NCBI GenBank assembly: GCA_046727435.1
Contig: JBKPCR010000099.1
Span: 253 to 64,252, forward strand
Direction of reading: 5' to 3'
From: a bacterium
GTDB lineage: Bacteria > Tectomicrobia > Entotheonellia > J063 > CAVPRW01
Length of the DNA: 64,000 bases
In this document: positions 20,521 through 30,932 of the stretch, piece by piece
Layout: each line of letters opens with the position of its first letter
Position numbering within the stretch: the stretch's first letter is position 1
Notes under the pieces: model-generated
The model's database searches: none
The model's input: only the letters and a program-made list of their open reading frames with translations
What the model was told of the DNA's origin: nothing
Program-made: the position numbers and the translations under genes

Positions 20521-23121
20521 ATGCTGTGCTCGCTTATCATCACAGAAGAGAGTGGAATCGCTCGCTTTGACGAGCCGGTAATTTTGGGCCTTCCATTTCC
20601 GCGCGGCGTGCTATCGCAGACCCAGCGATTATCGCTGATCGCTGACCGACAACAGCAACGACTGCCGTTGCAGGTGGAGGTGCTCGATCGCTGGATTGAC
20701 GGTAGTGTCAGATGGGCACTGTTGGATTTCCAGGCCACTGTCGCGGCCGGCCAGACCATGGAATACCACCTCCGGTCCGCGCCTGATTCCCCGCCAGTCC
20801 AAGATTCACAGGTTTCTCTGGTGCAGGCTCAGGACGCCTGGACGATCGATACCGGTGTGGCCCGCTTCACGTTGAATACCCACACGCTCAGGCTCTTTGA
20901 TGAAGTGGTCAGCGGGGGGGCGGTGATCGGCGAGGTTGCGGGGAGCCAGATTGTGCTCACCGACGCGGAAGGCCAGACATACGAGCCGAAAATCGATCGC
21001 ATCGCGGTGGAGGCTTCTGGACCGCTCAGGCTTTCCCTCGACATACATGGGAAATTGATCTCTCCAGGCCGGGAACCTCTGGCAGAATACAGTGCCCGTT
21101 TGAGCTTCTATGCCGGAAGCGGCGTGGTTGAACTGAAGTTGACCATTCATAATCCCAGAGCCGCCAAACACCCGGGCGGTGTCTGGGACCTTGGCGATCC
21201 CGGATCGATCTACTTCAAAGACCTCTCTCTGCACACCGCTTTGCGCACAGACAGGGCTGCCGCCATGTGGACCGCCCAGCCGCAAGAGCCCTTTGTTGCG
21301 GTCGCGGGTGCAGCGGTAGAGATCTATCAAGACTCCAGCGGTGGGACGAACTGGCAGAGTACCAATCACGTCAATGCCGATGGTCGGGTCATGCAGCGGT
21401 TTCAGGGATATCGCGTGCAGGTCGGTGAGATGACGGTCGCGGCGGGGAAGCGCGCCGCCCCGACTATCCTCGTCTATGATCCCAGTGATCACCGGAGTAT
21501 CGCCGGTGCTGTAGAGGGATTCTGGCAAAATTTTCCGAAGGCGCTTGAGGTCCATGGCAATCGACTAACCATTGGGGTGTTCCCACGCCAGTCCGCCGAT
21601 GTCTATGAGCTACAGGGGGGTGAACAAAAGACACATACGCTGTTTTTAACATTCGGCCAGCATCGGCACCACGCCGCAGGGCTGACCTGGGTGCATGATC
21701 GATTGGTGCCACGCGCGCAGCCTGAATGGTATGCGCAGTCTAAGGCCATCAGTTATCTCATACCGCAAGCTCGGGATGACCATCGCGACTGCCTGGCCCT
21801 CATCGATACCGCCATCGCCGGGCCGAACTCGTTCTTCGAGCGGCGAGAGATCAGCGATGAATACGGCTGGCGTCATTTTGGAGACCTCTATGCCGATCAC
21901 GAAGCTGTCGGCCATCAGAGGGCATTTCCGCTTATCTCGCATTACAACAATCAATACGATGCCATCTATGGGATGCTGATCCAGTATCTCAGAAGCGGCG
22001 ACGTGCGCTGGTTCCACCTCATGCGCGATTTGGCAAGACATGTCATCGATATCGATATCTACCATACACAGGAAGACCGTCCAGACTACAACGGTGGTCT
22101 GTTCTGGCATACAGATCATTACGTCGATGCGGCCACCGCCAGCCACCGCAGCTATTCACAGGCCAATCGGGAGACGCAGGGAGGGTGTCGCTATGGCGGA
22201 GGGCCGTCGAACGAACACAACTACACCACCGGTTTGCTCTACTATTACTTTATAACTGGCGACATCGGCGCACGTGAAGCCGTTCGCAGCCTCGCCGATT
22301 GGGTCATCAAGATGGATCAGGGCTGGCGAGCGCTTCTGAGTTGGTTCGACAGACGTCCAACTGGCCTGGCCAGTGCCACAACGAGTCGGCAATACCATGG
22401 CCCCGGGCGCGGAGCTGGGAATTCTATCAATGCGCTGATCGATGCCTACCTGCTGACTCGTGAGGAGCGGTATCTGACCACAGCTGAGGTGCTAATCCGT
22501 CGGTGCATTCATCCCGCCGACAATATTCAGGCGAGAAATCTGCACGATGTGGAACATCGCTGGTCCTATACGGTCTTCTTGCAGGCCCTCGGTAAGTATC
22601 TGGACGTGAAGATCGAGCAGAATTCCCTCGATTTCATGTACGGCTATGGTCGGGAGAGTTTGCTCCACTATACTCGCTGGATGCTTGAGCATGAAGTGCC
22701 CTATGCCACGGTCTTAGATCGGGTCGAGATTCCGACAGAAACATGGCCGGCACAGGACATCAGGAAAACGAATGTCTTCGATGTTGCGGCGAAGCATGCC
22801 GATGAACCGCTCCACACAGCCTTTCGTCAGAAAGCCGATTTCTTCTTCCACGCTTGTATCCGCGATTTGCGGTCGTTCGACACCTGCACCCTAACCCGCC
22901 CACTTGTGTTACTCATAACCAACGCGTTTCGGCATACATACTTCCAGCTCCACCCAGATGAGCTCGCTCCCCGCCCCGACCAGCCGTATGATTATGGGAA
23001 ACCGGAGCACTTCACCCCGCAGCTCGCTGAGCTCTATCAGGCTAAAGAATGGCTGATCGCGCTGTCACAAACGGCGAAGCACCTCGGCCGGTGCCTTATT
23101 AGACCATACGGGAACGGTTAA
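20521..23121 (+). CDS. Large cytoplasmic hypothetical protein; possible glycan-degrading or glycan-modifying alpha/alpha-toroid enzyme (heparinase II/III-like or GH-like).
   Basis: 866 aa, no signal peptide. The start is chosen at 20521 (GAGGTGG Shine-Dalgarno). The C-terminal half is rich in W/Y/H/D motifs (DEYGWRHFGDLYADHEAV, NGGLFWHTDHYVD, TGLLYYYFITGD), like alpha/alpha-barrel polysaccharide enzymes. Recalled from memory only. Confidence 0.45.
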   Translation: MLCSLIITEESGIARFDEPVILGLPFPRGVLSQTQRLSLIADRQQQRLPLQVEVLDRWIDGSVRWALLDFQATVAAGQTMEYHLRSAPDSPPVQDSQVSLVQAQDAWTIDTGVARFTLNTHTLRLFDEVVSGGAVIGEVAGSQIVLTDAEGQTYEPKIDRIAVEASGPLRLSLDIHGKLISPGREPLAEYSARLSFYAGSGVVELKLTIHNPRAAKHPGGVWDLGDPGSIYFKDLSLHTALRTDRAAAMWTAQPQEPFVAVAGAAVEIYQDSSGGTNWQSTNHVNADGRVMQRFQGYRVQVGEMTVAAGKRAAPTILVYDPSDHRSIAGAVEGFWQNFPKALEVHGNRLTIGVFPRQSADVYELQGGEQKTHTLFLTFGQHRHHAAGLTWVHDRLVPRAQPEWYAQSKAISYLIPQARDDHRDCLALIDTAIAGPNSFFERREISDEYGWRHFGDLYADHEAVGHQRAFPLISHYNNQYDAIYGMLIQYLRSGDVRWFHLMRDLARHVIDIDIYHTQEDRPDYNGGLFWHTDHYVDAATASHRSYSQANRETQGGCRYGGGPSNEHNYTTGLLYYYFITGDIGAREAVRSLADWVIKMDQGWRALLSWFDRRPTGLASATTSRQYHGPGRGAGNSINALIDAYLLTREERYLTTAEVLIRRCIHPADNIQARNLHDVEHRWSYTVFLQALGKYLDVKIEQNSLDFMYGYGRESLLHYTRWMLEHEVPYATVLDRVEIPTETWPAQDIRKTNVFDVAAKHADEPLHTAFRQKADFFFHACIRDLRSFDTCTLTRPLVLLITNAFRHTYFQLHPDELAPRPDQPYDYGKPEHFTPQLAELYQAKEWLIALSQTAKHLGRCLIRPYGNG

Positions 23122-23520
23122 CTCAGCTCTCCGACAAACTTCCCTCTCCCTCCGGGAGCGGGCGAGGGTGAGGGAGGCTGCCCCTACTCCTGCCGAACTA
23201 CCTCTAACCGCCAGCGCTGAGGTCCCTGCGCTGGCACGCCTCGTCCCTCTGGTGTCGAGTGAGCCAGGGGGACTTCTAAGCTCAACCGCTCGCGAGAGAT
23301 GGCGAAATAGGTGGTCAAGAAGTGCTCGTCCTTATTGGCAAAGTAGTATTATAGATAATAATTAATTTATATTAATGAATTAATGTTATTATGAGTACTC
23401 ATTGAAAGCGATAGCAGCTGTCTAAAACACTAAGAAGCGATGGACCCGAGACACGAGAGCACTGCTAGAAACCTGCGAGACGACGGGGAGGATTGGAAGG
23501 GTGGGCGTCTGTCGAGCAAG

Positions 23521-24150
23521 ATGCGAGTTTTCCCAAACCCCATTGCAACACTGCTCATGACCATCGTGATGAGTGCCCAGCTGCATGCAGCCGAGGTCCA
23601 GCTTACATGGACTGCCCCGGCCACCAATGTCGACGGCACCCCCCTGACCGACCTAGCCGGGTATCGGGTGTACTATGGGCAAACAAGCGGCAACTTGACA
23701 CTTAAAGTCGATGTCGGGAACCAGACTACGTACCTGCTCTCTGGGTTAATAGGCGGTCAAGTATACTACTTCGCAGTCACCGCCTATGATACCTCTGGCA
23801 ACGAAAGCGGGCTCTCCGACGGGGCAAGTGCCACGACTCTCAGTGATACCCCACCCCCATCAGTGGCAAGCTTTACCGGCACGCCCATCACAGGATCAGC
23901 ACCGCTCACCGTCACGTTCACCGATACCTCTACGGGGCAAATCACAACATGGGGCTGGAGCTTCGGGGATAACACTGGCAGCTCCGTGCAGCACCCCCAG
24001 CATACCTATGCCAGCGCTGGTACCTATGCTGTGACGCTTACCATTAATGGTCCCGGTGGTTCCAAGACTGCTACCAGGCAGGGGTATATCACCGTCATTG
24101 CCCCTCCCCACACCAAGCACAGGACTGGTGGCCGCTTATGGCTTCGATGA
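23521..24150 (+). CDS. Secreted FN3 + PKD domain protein; 5' part of a longer, now disrupted gene.
   Basis: Signal peptide MRVFPNPIATLLMTIVMSAQLHAA. FN3 is LTWTAPATNVDGTPLTDLAGYRVYYGQTSGN...YYFAVTAYDTSGNES. PKD is FTGTPITGSAPLTVTFTDTSTGQITTWGWSFGDNTGSSVQHPQHTYASAGTYAVTLTINGPGGSKTATRQGYITV. Confidence 0.65.
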   Translation: MRVFPNPIATLLMTIVMSAQLHAAEVQLTWTAPATNVDGTPLTDLAGYRVYYGQTSGNLTLKVDVGNQTTYLLSGLIGGQVYYFAVTAYDTSGNESGLSDGASATTLSDTPPPSVASFTGTPITGSAPLTVTFTDTSTGQITTWGWSFGDNTGSSVQHPQHTYASAGTYAVTLTINGPGGSKTATRQGYITVIAPPHTKHRTGGRLWLR

Positions 24151-25862
24151 GGGAACAGGCTCGACACTCACCGATATCTCCGGTAACGGCAATCACGGCA
24201 CCATTTCTGGGGCACATTGGATCAATTCGGGACGATACGGCAAGGCTCTCATCTTTGGTGGCGTCAACGATTGGGTGACCGTGAACGATGCGCCCTCCCT
24301 CGACCTCACCACTGGAATGACGCTAGTGGCTTGAGTTTATCTGACCGCCTTGAGCGGGGGTTCAAGGAACGGATGGCGCACCGTCATTCTGAAACAATCG
24401 CCGGGTCAGTTATAGCGGTTTTCACTCCGATATATGGGGCAACTGGAGGCTAAACTCCCGTCTCCCAGGGGAAGTTGTGGTGGATGCCATACAGCTGCTC
24501 GGGAACCGCTCTAGGTTATGCCCTCTATGCCAATTCCGATCACAATTGTCCCAGTGGATATGTCTATACCAGGGGGGAGCAGGGAGTGTTCGGAAACGCC
24601 CAATTGCCGCTGAACATCTGAAGGCACCTGGCCACTACCTATGATGGGGCGGCGCTTAGGTTGTGTGTGAACAGCTCGCTAGTCGGGAGTCGATCCCTGA
24701 CCGCCTGCATCAGGGCCTCAGGGAGTCCGCTACATATTGCTGGGAACAGAGTCTGGGGTGACTATTTCAAGGGCCGCATCGACGAGGTGCGTGTATACAA
24801 TCGCGCACCAACGTCCAGCCAGCTGCAGACGGCTATGAATCCCCTGTGTCGCCCCCGGAGGGTTACGCTCGCCTGCAACACCCCGCTAGCAATGCAGCTG
24901 GAGGAGGCATTACGTGGTAACGCCCGTGCGGGCATAGAGAAGACTGTCGGATGGTCTATGGTGGACAGCGCTACCAACCGAAACCTACGTCTGCGTGATG
25001 CAAGCGCCTCCTCAGAGGCCCAACCGCATCTCGTTGATGTCGGTGAGCTACAATTAACGCCGCAATGGCAACGGATTGAGATCAGCGAAACGTTCGTCAA
25101 TCCAGTCGTCATAGCCTGTGCCGTAAGCACCGCTGGGAGCGCCGCAGCACTCATCGACGTTCGCCATGTAGAGCCCTCAGGTTTCGAAATTCGCTTACAG
25201 CAAATGATCGCTGGAGCCGGAACACCTCTCAGTGGCGTCGCAGGCTTCCTGGTGCTAGAACGAGGGACGTATACTCTATCAGATGGCACCCTTGTGGAAG
25301 CCGCAAGCGCTGTGGCGACGTTGTCCGGGGCGTCGTATGGACGCCCTTCAGCCGTCCCTTTAACCGCATCCTCGTGGTGCTGACCGCCGTTAGGAGCGAC
25401 GATGAGGTGGGGCCCGTCGCCCGTCACCAGTCGTGTCCAGGTGTTGACGCAGAGCTACCTCCGTGTTGACCTGTACAGAGGAGGTTCCACGACTCATGCC
25501 AGCGGCAATACCAAGCTGTCCTACATCGCCTGGGAGCCGTCAGCGGGCACGCTGCAGGGCATAACGTTTGAAGCACAGAGAGCCCAGGACATCGCACGTG
25601 GGCAATGGCATGCTCTGGCATTCCTCGGCGCGTTCGACGCCCCCCGGTTTTACTCGCCGAGGTCCAGGGAGGTGGCTCCGGCCATCCCCTGACCTTGCGC
25701 TGGGATGCCATGCGCGCGGACGGCGTCGAGGTGACGATCGACGCCAGGCCGTATGGCGACGCACACGACGTCCCGCCGCGATGGTGGGCTATATCGCGCT
25801 GCGCTGACGTCACCGATCGGTGTGAATTGGGGGGGACAATTTGGCTTGACGGCTGTACATAG
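24047..25862 (+). pseudogene. Decayed LamG-domain region continuing the FN3-PKD gene; multiple frameshifts and nonsense codons.
   Basis: Frame 2 reads GLVAAYGFDEGTGSTLTDISGNGNHGTISGAHW...SLDLTTGMTLVA then TGA where Trp is expected (A*VYLTALSGGSRNGWRTVILKQSPGQL*). A LamG continuation (GYALYANSDHN...LPLNI*RHLATTYDGAALRLCVNSS...GDYFKGRIDEVRVYNRAPTSSQLQTAMNPL) lies in another frame. An in-frame TGA at 25381 and a further shift near 25600 follow. Confidence 0.6.
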
Positions 25863-26122
25863 ATGTGATAGTTATTAATTCCCCCGCTGGACTCCCCCTG
25901 ATGAGTCAGCCTCAACATTCCCTGAATCGTTCAACTATGAGGCGTCCCTCACCGCCGCAGTCGTGTGGGGCGAGCCATGAGGCCAGCTGCGGGCAACCGC
26001 GAGACGAACGTGGCAGAGTGTGGCTGCGGGCTCGGCAGGCAGCTGACTCTGCCGCACCTGTCTGGCGGTGGTGAAGACGTGATCCGAGGGCAACCATTCG
26101 TCCCTGGTGATGGGAAGGGGTA

Positions 26123-26851
26123 ATGATGGAAAGCCTGCCCGCATATGGAAAGACCGCCGACCATAGGCGAGCGAAAACACCTGACGGTGCGCTCAACCGC
26201 GCTGTCTGGCATGTGCTTATGGCGTTGATCGGAGCACTCTCTGTGAGCATGTTTGTAGGGCCGGAGATCGCCCGTGGACAGAGCACTGGGAGTCCATGCT
26301 TAGCGGCACCAACCCTGGCGATGGCCGGGACGAGAATCGTTAACGTCGCGTCTGCAGCACAACTTCAAAGTGCCATGGGTAATCTACAGACTGGGGATAC
26401 CATTGTCCTGGCGAACGGCACATATAACCTGAGCAGCATCCTATATGTGAATGGCCGCGACATTGAGTTTCGGTTTTCGACAACCGGGGCTGAGGCCAGG
26501 AATAACCTGGGAGACGCACCGATCGGCCTGCGTGATGGCGCCACCTTCACTCAAAGCGGTAATCTCTTGACGGCGACGGCAAGCCTGTTCGTCAACCCCA
26601 GCGCCGGAGACCTGCATCTAAAGAGCACCGCCACAGCGGTAATCGATCAGGTGCCAGCGTTGAGTAGCGTGACGAACGACATCGACGGCAACACTCGTCC
26701 ATTAGGAGTCGGCTACGACATCGGCGCCGATGAATTTGTCGGAGGTGGTGGAGATATTACTCCCCCATCGGCTCCCACTGGGCTTACAGTTACTCCCATT
26801 GCTGCATTTGAGAGGATCCATGAAATGAAAACACCGGAACGCAAAATGTGA
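26123..26851 (+). CDS. Secreted right-handed parallel beta-helix repeat protein (choice-of-anchor-Q-like).
   Basis: Hydrophobic N-terminal anchor; an alternative start is at 26219. Motifs GDTIVLANGTYNLSS and DIDGNTRPLGVGYDIGADEF resemble pectate-lyase-fold / choice-of-anchor Q proteins. It ends with TPPSAPTGLTVTP, which looks like the start of an FN3 linker. Confidence 0.5.
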   Translation: MMESLPAYGKTADHRRAKTPDGALNRAVWHVLMALIGALSVSMFVGPEIARGQSTGSPCLAAPTLAMAGTRIVNVASAAQLQSAMGNLQTGDTIVLANGTYNLSSILYVNGRDIEFRFSTTGAEARNNLGDAPIGLRDGATFTQSGNLLTATASLFVNPSAGDLHLKSTATAVIDQVPALSSVTNDIDGNTRPLGVGYDIGADEFVGGGGDITPPSAPTGLTVTPIAAFERIHEMKTPERKM

Positions 26852-26867
26852 AACTGAGGAGGAGATC

Positions 26868-28190
26868 ATGCGATCAAAAACCATGTACGTGGGACTTGTC
26901 CTGATAGCGTTCATGAGCGGCTTCCACCTCCACGGAAGCATGAATATGTCTAGTGGCCAAGTATATGCTCAAACAAGTCTCCCCCGTGTGGCGCTGAGCG
27001 ATCTAGTCTACCAGGGTGCGTTTCGCGTACCGGGCAGCCAGGTCGGCCCCGGTCCTAATGATTATTTCGAATACGCCAATGAGGGCATCGCCTACAACTC
27101 CGCCAACAATTCTCTCTTTATCAAATGCAAAGGTGCCAACCTGAATGATACCACCCAGCAGCACGTTGCGGAGATGAACATTCCGGCGCTGGTCAACAGC
27201 ACGAATATTGGCAGCCTAAATACCGGAACGGTGCGTCAAAATTGCGCGGACATCACCGAGAATCATCTGAACCCGCAGGGCATTGCCAACGGCATGACCA
27301 TTGGCGGGCTCCTCGTGCACAACAACAAATTGATCGGTTCGGAATGGGCGTATTACGACGGCGGCGCAGATCAGACGACGTCGCATTTCTCTCACAGCCT
27401 CACGCTGAGCCAAACTGGTACCTATCAGGGCCAGTATGCGCTCACCGCGCCTTTTGCGGCATATGTGGGCGGGTACATGACGCCAATCCCCTCCGAATGG
27501 CAGAGCGCGTTTGGCGGCCCTGCATTAACCGGCCACTGCTGCACGTCCATAATCAGCCATCAATCCACTGGGCCGTCCGCGTTTGTCTTTGATCCGAATA
27601 AGCTGGGGGCAGTAAACCCTGTTCCGGCAACACCGGTGGTTTACTACAACACGTCCCATCCCACCCTTGGGACATGGGATCATCCCTTGCCTGCCAATCC
27701 GGTGTACAATATCTCAACCCTGATCACGGGTATTGTCTTTCCGGCGGGAACGAGAAGCGTCATGTTTTTTGGCCGGACGGGGATGGGCAGTCAGTGTTAC
27801 GGTGATGGCGTAGCCAGCGGAAGCAATATAGACGGGACGCAGTGCTACGACCCCAATTATGTCGGATGGAAAGGCACCCATTCTTATCCGTACGCCTATT
27901 ATGTATGGATGTACGATGCAAATGATATGGTTGCGGTAAAGAACGGTACGAAACACCCGTGGGATATCACTCCGTATTATCACGGAACGATCACGCTGCC
28001 ATTTGCAAGCGGAGCATGGCGCCCTGAGCTGAACGGTGCAGCATATGACCCGGCCACCAAGCGAATTTATATCTCTCAATATTTGGCAGATAATGGTAAG
28101 CCCATCATCCATGCCTTCCAGGTGAATGTGGGCTCTCCTTCCGCCGACACTACCCCTCCCGCGGCTCCCACTGCGCTAAAAGTGCAGTAA
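26868..28190 (+). CDS. Secreted hypothetical protein, lower GC.
   Basis: Signal peptide MRSKTMYVGLVLIAFMSGFHLHG. 440 aa, Cys-containing, ends TTPPAAPTALKVQ. RBS GGAGGAG 6 bp upstream. No family recognised. Confidence 0.55.
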   Translation: MRSKTMYVGLVLIAFMSGFHLHGSMNMSSGQVYAQTSLPRVALSDLVYQGAFRVPGSQVGPGPNDYFEYANEGIAYNSANNSLFIKCKGANLNDTTQQHVAEMNIPALVNSTNIGSLNTGTVRQNCADITENHLNPQGIANGMTIGGLLVHNNKLIGSEWAYYDGGADQTTSHFSHSLTLSQTGTYQGQYALTAPFAAYVGGYMTPIPSEWQSAFGGPALTGHCCTSIISHQSTGPSAFVFDPNKLGAVNPVPATPVVYYNTSHPTLGTWDHPLPANPVYNISTLITGIVFPAGTRSVMFFGRTGMGSQCYGDGVASGSNIDGTQCYDPNYVGWKGTHSYPYAYYVWMYDANDMVAVKNGTKHPWDITPYYHGTITLPFASGAWRPELNGAAYDPATKRIYISQYLADNGKPIIHAFQVNVGSPSADTTPPAAPTALKVQ

Positions 28191-28250
28191 TCAATTACAG
28201 GCGGGATCAGACGTTCTTTTGGGGTGAGCACTACCTGCTTCTGGCAAAAC

Positions 28251-28312
28251 CAGGTAGAGTCTACCTGACGTCCTCGGCTCGTGGCGCGGCGCAATCTGCG
28301 CCCCGACCGAGG
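28251..28312. terminator. Two adjacent GC-rich hairpins between convergent genes; a putative bidirectional terminator.
   Basis: GGTAGAGTCTACC palindrome at 28251-28267. CCTCGGCTCG...CGACCGAGG with inner GGCGC..GCGCC stem at 28272-28312. Confidence 0.4.
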
Positions 28313-28319
28313 TGTAGAC

Positions 28320-29660
28320 TTATGTGGTCTTCGCACAGGAGGGCGCTATGTTGGGTAGGGGAAAAGAGGAGGAAGGAAGATCGATGGTTGGAGGGCTCGG
28401 GGCTTTGATGGCCCCAAAGGCGGCTCGATGGGCCACTTGATCGACAATGAATGAAAGGAAAATATAGTGCCAGAACATTTCATTGTATTGAAAAGGGAGA
28501 AAACTACCACCAACAAGGTAGACGCAAAGCCCCGATCGCAGAGCTATAGCTGTGGATTCAAGGTGTATAAGCTCGGGATGACCTGAAACCAGCTTAGATA
28601 CGCGGGAACAGGAGCGGAATGCGCAGAGGAGAATCAAAGCATACAAGGCGAGGCCTAGAAATCCTAACTCCGCGGTAATACCTAGCGGAGAGCTATGCAC
28701 AGAGCGCATGCGTCCGTACCTACCTTGGGAAAAGTCGTAGGTGTCGTAGGCCTGATTGTAAGCGTTGAAACCGATGCCGAAGAAGGGATGAGCTTGGGCC
28801 ATAACAAGGGCTACTTGCCAGAAGTGAAGACGGCCCAGAGCAGATTCGTCCTCTTCTTCTTCATACGTTTGGATGGTATTCATTCGATTCCAGAACGCCT
28901 CGGGTAACGTTGCGACGATGATCATCATGACTATTAATAGAGCCATCAAGTTGCGGAATTTGTAGCGAGATTGTAACCAATAAATCACTGCCAGAGCGAT
29001 GCAAGCGACAAAGCCTCCACGGGAATAGGTCGATAGGGCCCGATAGAACACCCCGATGAGCAGGGCCCAATAAGCTGGACGTACCCACTTCCACGCTGTT
29101 GATTGAGCGAGCAAGCCGACGACGGGCACCAGCATCAGCATTCCGACAGCAACGCCATTATTGTCGCCGAGGAATGGTAGCGGATTGACGTTTGGCGATC
29201 CTGGTGACGTAAGCAGAGCAAACCATCCTTGTCTGGCGCCCTCAAGACCTAGCGACAAGGCAATCACGAGCAGCGTCAGGCGCAGTTTCGAAAAATCGTC
29301 GATAAGAATAAGCATTAGATAACCTATAATATTTATCTTTAAGAATTCTTTCCAAAAAGGCCAACTATATTCATAATAGGATGATACCCATATAGAAAAA
29401 AATGTCTGTACTAGAAAAATGAAAATAAGTACAGTACGAGTGTTTAGAACAAATTTTTTTCTGGATAGTAATGTTATAATTATTGTGTAGAATCCAATGA
29501 AATAGGAAAGGTTGATACGTTGTAGAGAATTGTCCCAGAGCCAAATTTCTGGCCTGAAATATGCGTTCCACAAATAGAAGAGGAGTGCATAAAATGGCCC
29601 TTGCAAGGCATAGTACGTGCCAATGATTATCATACTAAAAGCAATAATGGGACGGAGCAT
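28320..29660 (-). CDS. O-antigen ligase / Wzy_C-family membrane protein (PEP-CTERM-system O-antigen-ligase-like).
   Basis: About 10-12 TM segments. Wzy_C signature STYSRGGFVACIALAVIYW ... GRLHFWQVALVMAQAHPFFGIGFNAY. The 5' third, about 29300-29700, is extremely AT-rich. Confidence 0.75.
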   Translation of the reverse strand: MLRPIIAFSMIIIGTYYALQGPFYALLFYLWNAYFRPEIWLWDNSLQRINLSYFIGFYTIIITLLSRKKFVLNTRTVLIFIFLVQTFFSIWVSSYYEYSWPFWKEFLKINIIGYLMLILIDDFSKLRLTLLVIALSLGLEGARQGWFALLTSPGSPNVNPLPFLGDNNGVAVGMLMLVPVVGLLAQSTAWKWVRPAYWALLIGVFYRALSTYSRGGFVACIALAVIYWLQSRYKFRNLMALLIVMMIIVATLPEAFWNRMNTIQTYEEEEDESALGRLHFWQVALVMAQAHPFFGIGFNAYNQAYDTYDFSQGRYGRMRSVHSSPLGITAELGFLGLALYALILLCAFRSCSRVSKLVSGHPELIHLESTAIALRSGLCVYLVGGSFLPFQYNEMFWHYIFLSFIVDQVAHRAAFGAIKAPSPPTIDLPSSSFPLPNIAPSCAKTT

Positions 29661-29843
29661 AGTTAAATCCCAATAAAGTTGAAAAATATCTGTGTTAAAT
29701 TGTGAAAGTCTTTTATTAGAAAGAATGGGTATGAATTGCGAGAGATATGTAGGTAGTACTGGGAACGCTGACTAGCTCATGTGAAGTGGGGATTTGATGA
29801 AAGCAGCATACTATCTCGCACCTGCGGCTTAAGACCATGAGGT

Positions 29844-30932
29844 CTACTGAGTAAGATATTTTCGAACATGAGGACCAAGCCATCGTGTCACATGCAGAGG
29901 GAGATATCTCCAGAGTTGCGCCAGTAGAACGGCTTTCGGGTCCGCGCCCGATAGCCTTAGGCATTGGGGGGCCACGGTCGGGATCGTGTACCAAAATAAC
30001 GGCTCCTCAACGGCGCCCCACTGACGCTTGAACCGGTAGGTTCCCGAGTTGCGGCTTGAGCGCCCGAAATCGAACCGCAGGAAACCCTCAAGACAAGCGC
30101 TGCGGAGCACCTCCCAATAGAGGAGCATGTTAGGACATAGAGGAAGGTATTGGCGTAGCGAAGAGGCCCACGGGACAATCAGGGAGTTTTTGAACGCCAA
30201 AGCGATCAACCCGCCGATGGGTTGTGCATCTTTGCGTACGAGCACGACGCGGGCACAGTCACCGAAGGCTTCGAGGATAGCCTGAAAAAATCCCCGGGCG
30301 TGTACAGGCGATCCAAGATCGCGCATGTTCTGGGCGAAGATCTCATAAAAGCCATCTAACCTATTGGATTGTCCGAACTCCACCGACAGGCCCGAGCGTT
30401 CCGCCTTGCGCACTTGATTGCGCACCTTGGCGTCGAGCTGATTCCAGAGGCGCCCTGGATCCTTGGGAAGCGACCGAAAGAGGTTCACCTTATCGCCGGT
30501 GGCTGCGACCGGCAGGTCCAGCGGCACAGTGCAGCGCAGCTCAACCAGCCTCGCTCCATGGTGTGCAGCTTCTTCTATCAAGCGTGTCAGGAGCATGCGG
30601 CTGAGAGCCGGTGAGGAACTACAAGGGCCTCCCGTGTCAAGGAATGGCATCGACGTTACCACTGTCCCGAATAGACGGCTGCGGACGAGGAACGCCGGCA
30701 GGATAGCCATCTGCCCTGTACTATTCTCAGCCTGCAGGTATAGAGGAGTATGGCCATAGGCCCTATGGATGGCTGCGTACCACCGCGGCGACTGTGCCAC
30801 GTTGGCATCGTCCATCTGATGAATGAGAGTAGACCACTCACCCTCCACATCAGGTTGGCAGCAGAGAACCTGAACCGTAGAATTGGGTGACTGCAAAGTT
30901 TTGAAGTTCATAATAAAGGTCTCCACGGGCAC
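29844..30932 (-). CDS. FemAB-related GNAT-fold protein (PEP-CTERM system-associated FemAB type).
   Basis: 362 aa. The N-terminal half is the FemAB-like domain ...PRWYAAIHRAYGHTPLYLQAENSTGQMAILPAFLVRSRLFGTVVTSMPFLDTGG. The C-terminal half has a GNAT-like core. Confidence 0.6.
   Translation of the reverse strand: MPVETFIMNFKTLQSPNSTVQVLCCQPDVEGEWSTLIHQMDDANVAQSPRWYAAIHRAYGHTPLYLQAENSTGQMAILPAFLVRSRLFGTVVTSMPFLDTGGPCSSSPALSRMLLTRLIEEAAHHGARLVELRCTVPLDLPVAATGDKVNLFRSLPKDPGRLWNQLDAKVRNQVRKAERSGLSVEFGQSNRLDGFYEIFAQNMRDLGSPVHARGFFQAILEAFGDCARVVLVRKDAQPIGGLIALAFKNSLIVPWASSLRQYLPLCPNMLLYWEVLRSACLEGFLRFDFGRSSRNSGTYRFKRQWGAVEEPLFWYTIPTVAPQCLRLSGADPKAVLLAQLWRYLPLHVTRWLGPHVRKYLTQ

Noticed and set aside
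23121-23300. Apparent inverted repeat ccctctccctccgggagcgggcgagggtgagggagg downstream of the 20521 gene
   Set aside because: On checking, the arms are not reverse complements. It is a purine/pyrimidine-skewed run, not a hairpin.
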